This document shows, one piece after another, positions 48,173 through 58,488 of a stretch of DNA of 64,000 nt. Every line of letters begins with the position of its first letter. The stretch's first letter is position 1. The notes under the pieces are model-generated. The model was not told the DNA's origin. It saw only the letters and a program-made list of their open reading frames with translations, and did no database searches. The stretch comes from a virus (Duplodnaviria > Caudoviricetes), in the IMG/VR virus record IMGVR_UViG_3300029822_000006, positions 3,809-67,808 of that record, one strand, 5' to 3'. Position numbers and translations under genes: made by a program.

Positions 48173-49297
48173 ATGGCAATTTTAACAAACAATGTAGTTA
48201 AATTCGCAAATGATAGAATGGGCGGAGATTTAACTGTTTTTGAACAAGCAATAGATTTATTCAATCATTATATGGATAAAGATGGTAAGAAAGGATTGAG
48301 ATATAGTCATAAATATAGTTTTGAAGCTAAAAGTAATGCTTTACATAAAACTATGCTTAGAGAAATAAATAAATTAAGTGGTTCTACAAATAATGATATA
48401 TTAACACCAAGACAACAGTTTTCTGATCCGATGAAGAAATGGGCTACATTTGCATTAATATCTGCATTAATAGATCCTATTATTCCTGATACTATTATAG
48501 ATAGTATTGGAATGTTTACAAATGTACAAACAGGTGGATATGGTGATTCTTTTAAATATGATATAGAATCAAATGATTTATTTTATGTAAGTAAAGCAGG
48601 TAGAGGAACTAGACATCCAGAAGCAAAAAAAACATTTAAAGGACAAATAACTATTATACCAGAGGAACATGATGTTTCAACATTTGCTAGTTTGTATAGA
48701 TTATTATCAGGGCAAGAAAATTTAGCTGTATTTGCTATGAAATGTGCTAGAGCAATGGAAACTGAAATAGCTTATGATGCTTATAAAACATTTGATACTG
48801 TAATGGCAACTCTACCATCTGATAGTACTACTGGTGCAGGAGATGGATTAAAAATTTCTGGTATTGATAGTACAGAAATTATTAAATTAGTAGAAAAAGT
48901 AGGAGCTTTTAATAGTGGTAATAAACCAATAATTTTAGGTACAAAAGCTGCTGTAACACAATTGTTACCTTCAGATCCTAATTATAGATATACTTTAGAT
49001 TCTGATTATGTGAAATTAGGGTATGTAAAAGATTATTATGGTGCTGATGTAATAGCATTACCACAAAAAGCAGATTGGCAGACACCATATAAAACATTGA
49101 TAAATAATAACGTTTTATATGTATTATCACCAGCTTCTCAGAAACCAGTTCAACTTGCAATTGAAGGAGAAACTTTAAGTATAGCAGATGATACATATCA
49201 AAATGCCAATCTTACTCAACAGATTACTTTTAAAAAAATGTGGGGAGTAGATGTAGCTAGTAATGCAACTTATGGTTTGATAGATTTATCAGCATAA
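48173..49297 (+). CDS. major capsid protein (HK97 fold)
   Basis: 374 aa; position; ILGTKAAV...YYGADVIALPQ...KKMWGV. Confidence 0.8.
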   Translation: MAILTNNVVKFANDRMGGDLTVFEQAIDLFNHYMDKDGKKGLRYSHKYSFEAKSNALHKTMLREINKLSGSTNNDILTPRQQFSDPMKKWATFALISALIDPIIPDTIIDSIGMFTNVQTGGYGDSFKYDIESNDLFYVSKAGRGTRHPEAKKTFKGQITIIPEEHDVSTFASLYRLLSGQENLAVFAMKCARAMETEIAYDAYKTFDTVMATLPSDSTTGAGDGLKISGIDSTEIIKLVEKVGAFNSGNKPIILGTKAAVTQLLPSDPNYRYTLDSDYVKLGYVKDYYGADVIALPQKADWQTPYKTLINNNVLYVLSPASQKPVQLAIEGETLSIADDTYQNANLTQQITFKKMWGVDVASNATYGLIDLSA

Positions 49298-49366
49298 TTA
49301 ATAAAAATTAAATAAGAGAGATAATTAATATGTGATTATCTCTCTATATTATAAGGAGAGAATTAT

Positions 49367-50098
49367 ATGGAGAAAAATATAGATAAAACAATAAATAATA
49401 ATGTAAAAAAAAGAACAGCTAAAAATAATACAACTAAAAATAATATAGAAGTAGAAAAACTTAAAACAGAATTAAATAATAAAGATAATATTATAAAATC
49501 TTTAGGTGATAGACTTGCAAAAATAGAAGAAATGATGATGAATAAAAAAGTAAATGAGGAAAAAGTAATTGTTAAAAATGTTGAAGAAGAAGACATAGAT
49601 AAACCTCTTGCAACAAATGAATTAATTAATGTGGTTTCTTTAGTTAACAATATTTTAATTTTATCAACAGAAAAGAAAGGTCAAGGAACTTCATATATAT
49701 TTCATGAATTTGGAGAAACGCAGCCTATTATATATGGAGATTTATTAAAAATTATACATGTTCAAAGAGGGTTTACTATAGATGGACATTTTTATATAGC
49801 AAATAAAAGATTTGTTAGAACAAATGGTTTAGAAAGATTTTATAAAAATATAATGAGTCCTGAAAAATTAAAAAATATATTTAATCTATCTTATAATGAA
49901 GTTGTTAATATATTTAAAAATTCTACTAAAACAATTCAAGATTCTATAGTTAGTATCTTGATTGATAAAATGGTAAATGATGAAAAAATTGATGGTAATG
50001 TATTATATGGTATTCAGCAAAATTATAGTAAAAATATAACTAAAGCAGTAGAAGATAGAAAGGAATTATTGAAAGCTAGAATAGCAATGGTACAATAA
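49367..50098 (+). CDS. hypothetical head-module protein
   Basis: Follows the major capsid gene; FHEFGETQPIIYGDL. Confidence 0.55.
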   Translation: MEKNIDKTINNNVKKRTAKNNTTKNNIEVEKLKTELNNKDNIIKSLGDRLAKIEEMMMNKKVNEEKVIVKNVEEEDIDKPLATNELINVVSLVNNILILSTEKKGQGTSYIFHEFGETQPIIYGDLLKIIHVQRGFTIDGHFYIANKRFVRTNGLERFYKNIMSPEKLKNIFNLSYNEVVNIFKNSTKTIQDSIVSILIDKMVNDEKIDGNVLYGIQQNYSKNITKAVEDRKELLKARIAMVQ

Positions 50099-50117
50099 AA
50101 AAAGGAGTGATTAAATA

Positions 50118-50582
50118 ATGGCTACTCCGTTTAGTGATATATATGAATTATGTATGACTTCAATTAGAGATTATAAAATAGATCAATTATTTGACGCAAC
50201 AGATTTAACTAATTTTGAAAATCTTATGTTTGGATTTATGAAAAAAGCTATTCCTAAATTTATTCATTGTAAAAAACAATTAGATCAAATAATGGATATT
50301 ACTACAAATGAATTCACTGAAGATTTAACACTTAATGAACAAGTAATATTATCTGATTTAATGATAATTAGATGGTTGGATACTAAAATATTAGATGTAA
50401 CACAAATGCAATGGAAATTAAATGATACAGATTTTAAACATTATGCGGAATCTCAAAATTTAACTGCAAAAATGAATGCAAGAACTATTTTACAGGAAGA
50501 TGTAGGACAAGATATGACTAATTACGAATTAAAAAATGTGTCTTGGTTAGATTGGCAACAACAAAATTTTTATATTTATTAG
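50118..50582 (+). CDS. putative head-tail adaptor
   Basis: MATPFSDIYELC...; position and size. Confidence 0.55.
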   Translation: MATPFSDIYELCMTSIRDYKIDQLFDATDLTNFENLMFGFMKKAIPKFIHCKKQLDQIMDITTNEFTEDLTLNEQVILSDLMIIRWLDTKILDVTQMQWKLNDTDFKHYAESQNLTAKMNARTILQEDVGQDMTNYELKNVSWLDWQQQNFYIY

Positions 50583-50595
50583 GGGGCTAGTTGGT

Positions 50596-51609
50596 ATGAG
50601 TTACGAATCTTATAAAGCATATTTATCTATAGCTAATAGTCCAATGCAACAATATAAAGATGATTTGCAAGCAACTATAAATTCAGAATTTGAGTGTGCA
50701 TCTAATATATATACTATTCAAGAAGAATTAAATAAGGGTGATAAAACATTTACAGATGTTGTTATTAGAATTAATCATGTTATAAACTCTGAAACTGGAG
50801 AAAAATTAGGTGATGATTGGAGAGGTATAACTTTTAAAGATCTTCAACATAATTATGGATTAGGTTATATGTATCAATTTGATGACAATTATTGGCTTAC
50901 TATTAATTCAGATATTTATAAATTTGTTACTGCATCAACTTGTATTAGAAGGTGTAATAATGTTTTAAGTAGATATTTATATGATGAAAATAATAATAGA
51001 ACATTATATACAGAACCTTGTATCATTGATTATAAAATAAGTAGAGATTTATTTAAATATTCTGATGAAATGATATTACCAGAAGGTATTGTTCAGGTAA
51101 CTACTCAAAATAATGATAATACCAAAACTATAAAAATTAATGATAGATTCATATTTAATGGTCAACCTTTTAAAGTTCAAAGAGTTAATTCATATCTAAG
51201 AGATAAAACAATGGTTGCAGATTCTGTTCCTTTATTATATTATAGTATGTTTTTAGATCAAAAAAGTCCTCAAGATGATATAGTTAACAATATAGCTGAT
51301 GGATTAATAGGTTCTGATATAAATACTGTTATAACAATATCTCCTAATGAAACTAAAATATTACAAGATGATACTCAATCCTATAGTGTTTATAAATACG
51401 ATAGTGATAATAATAAATTAAATAATACATTTACTATTACTACTGGTGGATGTGATTCTAGTTATTATACTTTAACTATTATTGATGGTAATAATTTTAG
51501 TATTAAAAATATTAAGGGTGATGGAGGAGAATATTTGACTGTTACTTGTACAGATACTATTGATAGTACATCTGAAAGTATTACTATTAGATTGGCTGGA
51601 GAATGGTAA
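50596..51609 (+). CDS. putative head-completion protein with beta-rich C-terminal domain
   Basis: Position; TCIRRCNNVL...PCII...FIFNGQPFKV. Confidence 0.5.
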   Translation: MSYESYKAYLSIANSPMQQYKDDLQATINSEFECASNIYTIQEELNKGDKTFTDVVIRINHVINSETGEKLGDDWRGITFKDLQHNYGLGYMYQFDDNYWLTINSDIYKFVTASTCIRRCNNVLSRYLYDENNNRTLYTEPCIIDYKISRDLFKYSDEMILPEGIVQVTTQNNDNTKTIKINDRFIFNGQPFKVQRVNSYLRDKTMVADSVPLLYYSMFLDQKSPQDDIVNNIADGLIGSDINTVITISPNETKILQDDTQSYSVYKYDSDNNKLNNTFTITTGGCDSSYYTLTIIDGNNFSIKNIKGDGGEYLTVTCTDTIDSTSESITIRLAGEW

Positions 51610-51723
51610 GAAGGAAGTGATAATTATAAAGTTAAAAAATAAAATAAAAGTTAGAATGTTAGTTGAACAGGCTAATTCTAATATGGATAATAAGATTAAT
51701 AATTAAATAAAGTAGGTGAGAAT

Positions 51724-52275
51724 ATGGGAGTAACTTTTAATGATTATAACAGATATAATGGTATAACTAAATATCCAATAAATATTATTTCATATTTATT
51801 AAACAATAATGATATTATATGGAAATTATTAAAATATGATACATCTAATGCTTTAAGTCAACCAAATCTAACTAAAAGTCAAAAATCGTCTTTAATATAT
51901 GCAGGACAAACAGATGAAACACCTTATAGAGTATTTACTAAAGCATTACCTAATGGAGCAACAGAAACAGCACAAACTCAATTAAGAGTGTGGTTAGGAA
52001 GAATATTACCTACTAATAGAGTACAAGGACAAGTAGATATAAAAATACAAGTTGTTTCATATAATTCTATATTAACATTGGATACATATGAAAATAGAAA
52101 TGAAGTAATATTGCAACAGTTAATTTCTACTTTAAGTCAACAAAATATTAAAGGAATGACTCCTTTATCTTTTGATCAAATGGGTAATGGATTAGACAAC
52201 AATGCTAGTTGGTATAGAATGGGAGAAAAATGGTATGAGGGTTATATGTTAACAATGTCCTGTAAAGTTGGATAA
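51724..52275 (+). CDS. putative tail terminator/completion protein
   Basis: Position upstream of the tail tube gene. Confidence 0.45.
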   Translation: MGVTFNDYNRYNGITKYPINIISYLLNNNDIIWKLLKYDTSNALSQPNLTKSQKSSLIYAGQTDETPYRVFTKALPNGATETAQTQLRVWLGRILPTNRVQGQVDIKIQVVSYNSILTLDTYENRNEVILQQLISTLSQQNIKGMTPLSFDQMGNGLDNNASWYRMGEKWYEGYMLTMSCKVG

Positions 52276-52278
52276 TAT

Positions 52279-53163
52279 ATGGATAAATTAAATATCAATA
52301 TATATGAAGAAGAATTAACAAAAGATAAACCTATTCCTTATTTGCCAGTAGCTACAGAAAATTTAAAAAAAGAATTAGCCTGTCTTTCTATTAAAGTCAA
52401 TAAGACTGATGAAGATATTCAACGTTTTAATATATTGAATGAATATTTAAAAACTCAAATTATATATATTTATCCTTTTTTAATTGATAATTATTTCACA
52501 TTTTTTTCAAACATAAAATTTCTACAAATTAGAAAAAATGAAGTGTCTAATCCTAATATACAAATTGATCCAAAAGTAATCAGTATGAAATATTTGGATT
52601 ATTTATTTTATTTAGCAGAAAAATCAAATGATGATAGATATGTTCAGGCAATGATTACTATATTAACAATTGGTTTAAAAGCAAAAGAAATAATTGTCGT
52701 ACAAGATAAAAAAAGAAGAAAATTATTAAAAATAAATAATGTATTTTGTACATGGGAAGATTTTGATAATATTAGAAGAATTATTTGTTATCAAAATATT
52801 TTAGATTTTGATGATGGTTATGTAGATCCAAAATTTAGACAAGCTATGGAAGAAGTAGAACAATTTAAAAGTAAACATATAAAACAAGCTTCATTAGAAG
52901 AATTAATGTCTTGTATTGTAGTAAGTACAGGATATAAATACGAAGAAATATATAATATGTCAATTAGAAAATTTTATTTAACTTTAAGACGAGCAGGATA
53001 TAAATTAGATTATCAAATAATGAAGACTGGAATGGTAAATGGAACTATAAAATCAGATTTTAAAATTCAAGGATGGACAGAATCTTTATCAAATAAAGAC
53101 AAGTATAGTGATATGCTTGTTGATTTTGATGAGTTCAAAAATAAAATTAACAAAGCAAATTAA
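52279..53163 (+). CDS. hypothetical tail-module protein
   Basis: YEEIYNMSIRKF C-terminal motif resembles tail-assembly chaperones. Confidence 0.45.
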   Translation: MDKLNINIYEEELTKDKPIPYLPVATENLKKELACLSIKVNKTDEDIQRFNILNEYLKTQIIYIYPFLIDNYFTFFSNIKFLQIRKNEVSNPNIQIDPKVISMKYLDYLFYLAEKSNDDRYVQAMITILTIGLKAKEIIVVQDKKRRKLLKINNVFCTWEDFDNIRRIICYQNILDFDDGYVDPKFRQAMEEVEQFKSKHIKQASLEELMSCIVVSTGYKYEEIYNMSIRKFYLTLRRAGYKLDYQIMKTGMVNGTIKSDFKIQGWTESLSNKDKYSDMLVDFDEFKNKINKAN

Positions 53164-53196
53164 ATAAAAATTAAATAATTAGGAGGAAATAAAATT

Positions 53197-54234
53197 ATGG
53201 CAAGATATTATTTAGTAGGTGTAGCTAATGTGTTTTATCATGCACCAGTTACAGATAACATAATATTTCAAGCAAAGACAATGACAAATACGGCAGTAGA
53301 TATAAAAATCTCAAATACTAAGATAAATGCCGGATATGGAAATAAATTACAACTTATATATTTTCATACTCCAGAGCTAGATTTGACCTTAGAAGAGGCT
53401 CAATTTAACCTTGGGATGATAGCTGCTACAACAGGTTCTACTATAAATACAGGAGGTAAAATTTGGACAGAAGAAAATGTTACATTAGGAGCAGGTGGAA
53501 CTGGAACAGTAGATGGTACACCAATAGTTTCTCCAGATGTAACTAGCACTATTTATGGATGGGTAACTGATAGTAATGATGTAGTTACTAAAGTTACTTT
53601 TTCAGGAAAAAATTTTACTTTATCTGGTGGAAGTGAAAATGAAGTAGTTACAGTTAGATATTATGAACAAAATAACAATGTTTCTCAAATGGATATAGGA
53701 GCTAATTTTATTCCAGCAAAAGGAAGATTAGTTATGGAAGCACAATTAGCGTCTAGTGATAGTGGAGAAGCAAATGATTCAACTATTATAGGAAAAGTTC
53801 AGTTTGAAATACCTAATTGTCAATTAGATGGTACTGCAAATTTAGCTATGAGTAGTTCAGGAGTATCTAAGACCCCACTCAAAGCAATGGCTCTTTCAAA
53901 AACTAAAGATAGTAATGAAATATATGCTACAATTAGTCGTATTGATAATAATGCACATTGGTATGATAATGTACAATTATTAGCTTTAGAAGATGATAAA
54001 ATTACCTTATCTACGGGAGAAACTGCAACATTAGTAGTTTGGGCTATACCAAATCAAGGTTCTGCATTTTTAGCACCAACTGCGGACGTAACCTTTACAT
54101 CAGGAAATAGTTCTACTGCTTCAGTAAATTCTAGTGGAATTGTAAGTTTTGTAGCATCTGGTAGCACTACTGTTAATGTTAAAATAACATCAAAAACAAG
54201 TGTAGAAACTAATGCAGATGTAACTTGTTCATAA
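53197..54234 (+). CDS. major tail tube protein with C-terminal Ig-like domain
   Basis: VTFTSGNSSTASVNSSGIVSFVASGSTTVNV (Big_2-like); no sheath gene nearby, consistent with a siphovirus. Confidence 0.7.
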   Translation: MARYYLVGVANVFYHAPVTDNIIFQAKTMTNTAVDIKISNTKINAGYGNKLQLIYFHTPELDLTLEEAQFNLGMIAATTGSTINTGGKIWTEENVTLGAGGTGTVDGTPIVSPDVTSTIYGWVTDSNDVVTKVTFSGKNFTLSGGSENEVVTVRYYEQNNNVSQMDIGANFIPAKGRLVMEAQLASSDSGEANDSTIIGKVQFEIPNCQLDGTANLAMSSSGVSKTPLKAMALSKTKDSNEIYATISRIDNNAHWYDNVQLLALEDDKITLSTGETATLVVWAIPNQGSAFLAPTADVTFTSGNSSTASVNSSGIVSFVASGSTTVNVKITSKTSVETNADVTCS

Positions 54235-54257
54235 TTAAATAAATACATAAAAAAGTA

Positions 54258-54286
54258 TTGACTGAAGATTAAATAAATGATAATAT
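54258..54286 (+). promoter_or_regulatory. sigmaA-type promoter for the endonuclease gene
   Basis: TTGACT-17 bp-TAATAT. Confidence 0.6.
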
Positions 54287-54401
54287 AAGAATAAGGGATA
54301 GGTAAAGTGTCATGAACTTTATCGAAAGTAGGTATTCCGAACCTATTTCCCTTAATTTTATTAAATCGGAAAATTAAATAATAACTGCGGAGGTTATATA
54401 A

Positions 54402-55703
54402 ATGAAAAAGAAAAATTGCACAAGATGTGGAAAAGAAATAGAAGTTAGAGATCTAAGAATTAGATATTGTGAAGAATGTAAAAAAGAAATAGAAAAAATT
54501 AAAGCAGATAAATATAATAGTATACAATCTAAAAATAACAAACAAAAAGCTTATAATAGAGCAAAAGAATATATTGAAAAATACATAACAGAGAAAAAAT
54601 ATTCATTACCATATGAATTTGATAAAATATCTCCTATAACATCAAGACAAATAATTCAATCTTTTAGAGGTAAGAATTGGATAGATATTTTAAAAATGTT
54701 TGGAAAAGATAATTTATTGAAAGAATATATAAAAGAACAATATTTAAATTTTGTAAAAGAAACAGGTTTGAAATCTATTAAAGATTTTTGTCAAAGAAAA
54801 GAATCCAATATCCCATATCAATTAATTAAAGGATTTGGAGTGAGAGAATTTTTAGATTATTGTGGAAGAAAAATATATCGAAATACTGATGAAGATTATA
54901 AAAATAATTTTTTAAGTGTATTAATTAAATATGGTAGAATTCCATTATATAATGAATTTTTAAGTAATACTAAAATATCAATGAGTAATTACATAAAACA
55001 TTTTGAAGGAAAATTGTATGATGAATTTATAAAAAAATATGTTAGTGAATTACAATATAGAAAATATTTAAAATTAAAAATGTTTCATAAAGCTAGTGTA
55101 GGAAGACAAACGTGTAATATAGGAAAAATATTATTGACTGATGAACAATTAAAAAATGGTTTTATAGAAATATTTGAATCTTTTAAAAAAGAATATGGAA
55201 AATTTCCATCTAGAAGAATTTTTAACAAAATTTCTAAGCATGAAGATGGTGTATATAGAAAAAAATATAATTTATCTTGGACTGAAATATGTAAAATGTA
55301 TGGATATGATATAACTGATAGGTGTTCAGGTGAATATATAATGCTACATAAAATTAATAAAATAATGGGATATGAATGTTTTAGACAAAAAACATGGGAG
55401 TGGTTAATAGGAATTAAAAGTTATCCTTTAAAAGTAGATGGATATTATGAAAAGGATAATTTTGTTATTGAAGCTGACGGAAGACAACATGAAGAACCTG
55501 TATTAGATTTTGGTGGAGAAGAAACCTTTAAAATTCAAAAGGCTAATGATAAAATAAAAGATAAATTGATACCACAACATGGAATAAAATTAATAAGGAT
55601 TAGTTTTTCTGAAGATTGGTTTAATGAAGAATATCTTAAAGAAAAATTAATTAAAAATGGTATTAATATAACTAACACAGAAAACATAGAAGATGTATCT
55701 TAA
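54402..55703 (+). CDS. free-standing homing-type endonuclease (PD-(D/E)XK/EDxHD-like C-terminus)
   Basis: N-terminal CTRC...YCEEC, repeated helical units, PLKVDGYY...VIEADGRQH. Confidence 0.7.
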   Translation: MKKKNCTRCGKEIEVRDLRIRYCEECKKEIEKIKADKYNSIQSKNNKQKAYNRAKEYIEKYITEKKYSLPYEFDKISPITSRQIIQSFRGKNWIDILKMFGKDNLLKEYIKEQYLNFVKETGLKSIKDFCQRKESNIPYQLIKGFGVREFLDYCGRKIYRNTDEDYKNNFLSVLIKYGRIPLYNEFLSNTKISMSNYIKHFEGKLYDEFIKKYVSELQYRKYLKLKMFHKASVGRQTCNIGKILLTDEQLKNGFIEIFESFKKEYGKFPSRRIFNKISKHEDGVYRKKYNLSWTEICKMYGYDITDRCSGEYIMLHKINKIMGYECFRQKTWEWLIGIKSYPLKVDGYYEKDNFVIEADGRQHEEPVLDFGGEETFKIQKANDKIKDKLIPQHGIKLIRISFSEDWFNEEYLKEKLIKNGINITNTENIEDVS

Positions 55704-55719
55704 CAGATATGTCTTTTTT
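55690..55719 (+). terminator. intrinsic terminator
   Basis: AAGATGTATCT-TAAC-AGATATGTCTT followed by Ts. Confidence 0.65.
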
Positions 55720-55785
55720 AACTTATAAATTAAACAATAACTATTAAATAATATAAACTAATAAAAAAGAAAGGAATGAATATTA

Positions 55786-56151
55786 ATGGATACTAAAAGT
55801 ATACTTAATAAATTAAATCCAGAAGATAATAAAGAAGATAATAAGGGAAAAGAACAAACTAATCAAACTAACATATCTACAGAAAAATCTAATAATAATT
55901 CAGAAATAAATAAATCTAAGAAAGATAATATATCTAATCAACCATTAATATCAAAAGAATCTAATATAAAAACAAAAATAGAAGCATGTAAAATTAAATT
56001 TATACACAAAGAAAAAATATATTTTACGTTTAAAGATTATACTTTAACAGTAGATATGCCAAAAGACTTTCAAAAAGATTCTAAAACAATCAAAATAGCA
56101 TATGAATCAGAGATTGGCAAACCTGATTTTAAATATTCTATGAAAAAGTAG
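55786..56151 (+). CDS. hypothetical protein
   Basis: AAAGGAA RBS; low-complexity N-terminus. Confidence 0.55.
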   Translation: MDTKSILNKLNPEDNKEDNKGKEQTNQTNISTEKSNNNSEINKSKKDNISNQPLISKESNIKTKIEACKIKFIHKEKIYFTFKDYTLTVDMPKDFQKDSKTIKIAYESEIGKPDFKYSMKK

Positions 56152-56219
56152 CCTAGAGGGGTTGCTTTTTTATTTAAAAATAAATTATTAAATATAAATT
56201 AAGGAGGAAAATTGATAAT

Positions 56220-56987
56220 ATGATAATAACTTATGATTTTGGACATGGATGTGGTGCTGATAGAGGAGCAGATGGATATTTAAACGAAGAAAAAGTTGTT
56301 AGAGAATATGGTACTCTTGTAATTGAAAAATTAAATGTATTAGGACACACTTGTTATAATTGTACTCCTTCTACAAGTTCAAATTTAAGTTTAGCTAATT
56401 CATTGTCTTATAGAGTTAATAAGGCAAATTCTTATAATTCAAAATTACATTTATGTTTTCATGCAAATGCATTTGAAACAGATAAAGCAGAAGGATGTGA
56501 AGTAGAATATATATCTAATACAGGTAAAATCTATGCAGATAAAATATGTACAGAAATAAGTAATTCTTTAGGTTACAGAAACAGAGGTAGTCAATTAAGA
56601 ACTGGTTTATATGTTTTAAAATATACATATATGCCAGCAATATTATTAGAACCTTTTTTTGTTGATAACAAGAGTGATTGTAATAAATATAATTTTGAAA
56701 AATTAGCTACAGCAATAGTAAAAGGAATTACGGGAATAGATACTTCTACTCAAACTGATAAAAAGAGTACCCCTGTAGAACAAGTTGCACAAAAATATGA
56801 AGAAACTATTCCAAATGGAGCTAATATATTTCCTATATTGAATTCTTTTTATATTGAAAAGAGAATAGATGGAGATATGGCAATTCATCTTGATAGGGGG
56901 AATTATATTGTCATAAGAAAAGGTGGATCACCAGAGGTATATTGGAATAACAATCAAGGTTCAGGAGGAGTTAAAAGACTATTTTAA
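56220..56987 (+). CDS. N-acetylmuramoyl-L-alanine amidase (Amidase_3) endolysin
   Basis: DFGHG...LNE...SYRVNKAN...HLCFHANA...AILLEPFFVDN. Confidence 0.9.
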   Translation: MIITYDFGHGCGADRGADGYLNEEKVVREYGTLVIEKLNVLGHTCYNCTPSTSSNLSLANSLSYRVNKANSYNSKLHLCFHANAFETDKAEGCEVEYISNTGKIYADKICTEISNSLGYRNRGSQLRTGLYVLKYTYMPAILLEPFFVDNKSDCNKYNFEKLATAIVKGITGIDTSTQTDKKSTPVEQVAQKYEETIPNGANIFPILNSFYIEKRIDGDMAIHLDRGNYIVIRKGGSPEVYWNNNQGSGGVKRLF

Positions 56988-57013
56988 TTTATATATGTTG
57001 GGAGTGAAATATT

Positions 57014-57427
57014 ATGTTGGACGAAATATTAAAAATAATAATAAATGGAGTAATAACTATTTTAGGAGCATTAGGTTCTTATGGAATTACAGTTATTGTT
57101 ACATATTTAAAGAAAAAAAAAGAAGCGTTAATACAACAAATAGGTGATGAAAAATATAATGCTAATTATAAAATAGCAAAAGAAATTTATTATATAGTAG
57201 AAGAAAAATTTAGATTTTTAACATCTACATCAGAAGAAAAAATAAAAGAATTTGATAAACTTTTACTTGAAAAAATTCCACAGTTAGAACAAAAGGATTT
57301 AGATCATTTAAGACAAACAATTTGTGGAGAAATCAATGATGAAGTAAAAAAGAGCCAAATTTTAGCACCAGCATTTGATGATAAAATAGATATTGCAGAT
57401 ATTATAGAAATTAAACAAAACAATTAG
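57014..57427 (+). CDS. putative holin (LL-H type)
   Basis: Single N-terminal TM helix followed by KKKK; adjacent to the amidase. Confidence 0.6.
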   Translation: MLDEILKIIINGVITILGALGSYGITVIVTYLKKKKEALIQQIGDEKYNANYKIAKEIYYIVEEKFRFLTSTSEEKIKEFDKLLLEKIPQLEQKDLDHLRQTICGEINDEVKKSQILAPAFDDKIDIADIIEIKQNN

Positions 57428-57439
57428 GGAGGAAAATAA

Positions 57440-58237
57440 ATGCCAAAATATAAATATGGATTAAAACCAGATAAACCAGATGATAGAGATTATAGATTGT
57501 CAAAATTAATAGGAAAGGAAGTATTAGATAAACCAATTGATGTAGATTTAAGACCGGAATTTATAAAACCATTTATGCAAACTGAACAAGATTGTACTGC
57601 AAATGCAGGTACAGCAAATAAAATGTATTTGGATGGCAATAAATTTCAATATTCAAGACAATTTTTATATAATCAAGAACGTATATTTGAAGGTACATTT
57701 CCTGAAGATGAAGGATCTCAATGTAGAACGATTTGTAAAGTTTTACAAAAATTTGGTATATGTGAAGAATCTTATTTACCATATGGAATACATAATATCG
57801 CAACAATACCTTCAGAAGATGCTTATAAAAATGCATTATTACATAGAATATCAAATTATTATAGAGTAACAAGTCCTACAGAAATGAGAGCTGCATTAAA
57901 ATTAGGACATGCAGTTCTTTTTGCTATTGCAGTATATGAGAGTTTTGAAACTGAAGTAGAAGACGATGGATTTATTCCAATGCCTAATATAAAAAAAGAA
58001 AAATTATTAGGGTATCATCAAACGTTATTAGTAGGAACACATTATAAACCTCGTAAAAAACTTGAAAAAATTGTAGATTTTATAACAAGAGATGAAAAGG
58101 ATAATTATTTTATCTTAATGAATTCATGGTCTGATAAATCAAAATCAGAAGGAGGATGGGGAGATAAAGGATTTGGATATCTTCCTGAAGATGTATTGAA
58201 AAAAATTATGGTAGATGCTTGGGTTATAACTAAATAA
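57440..58237 (+). CDS. papain-like C1 cysteine peptidase
   Basis: YGLKPDKPDDRD, Q...CTANA, GYHQTLLVG, NSWS...WGDKGFGYL. Confidence 0.85.
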   Translation: MPKYKYGLKPDKPDDRDYRLSKLIGKEVLDKPIDVDLRPEFIKPFMQTEQDCTANAGTANKMYLDGNKFQYSRQFLYNQERIFEGTFPEDEGSQCRTICKVLQKFGICEESYLPYGIHNIATIPSEDAYKNALLHRISNYYRVTSPTEMRAALKLGHAVLFAIAVYESFETEVEDDGFIPMPNIKKEKLLGYHQTLLVGTHYKPRKKLEKIVDFITRDEKDNYFILMNSWSDKSKSEGGWGDKGFGYLPEDVLKKIMVDAWVITK

Positions 58238-58274
58238 ATTATAATAATTAAACAATACATAAACAAACAAAATC

Positions 58275-58308
58275 AAGGCGGTGTTCACACATCGTCTTTC
58301 TTATTTTT
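58275..58308 (+). terminator. intrinsic terminator
   Basis: GGCGGTG-TTCACA-CATCGTC followed by a T-rich tail. Confidence 0.55.
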
Positions 58309-58488
58309 ATTCTTATATATTGTAATGGGCAATCTCCTTTGTCCAGTTATAGTAATGTATAAGGGCTATAGAATAAAAACTATAGCCTAATTTTTTATTT
58401 TACTATAATTGAGGATTGTCGATTAGAATGTATAAGATTTTTATTTTATACATTACTATAATTAAAATATTAAAGGAGAAAAAATTAA

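Noticed and set aside
55670-55703. Possible duplicate of the tail-tube C-terminus at the end of the second endonuclease (TNTENIEDVS versus TSVETNADVT)
   Set aside because: Similarity is too weak to distinguish from chance, unlike the helicase case.
56923-57869. Alternative + frame ORFs 56923-57147 and 57603-57869
   Set aside because: They overlap the amidase/holin and C1 protease genes in other frames, without RBS or motifs.
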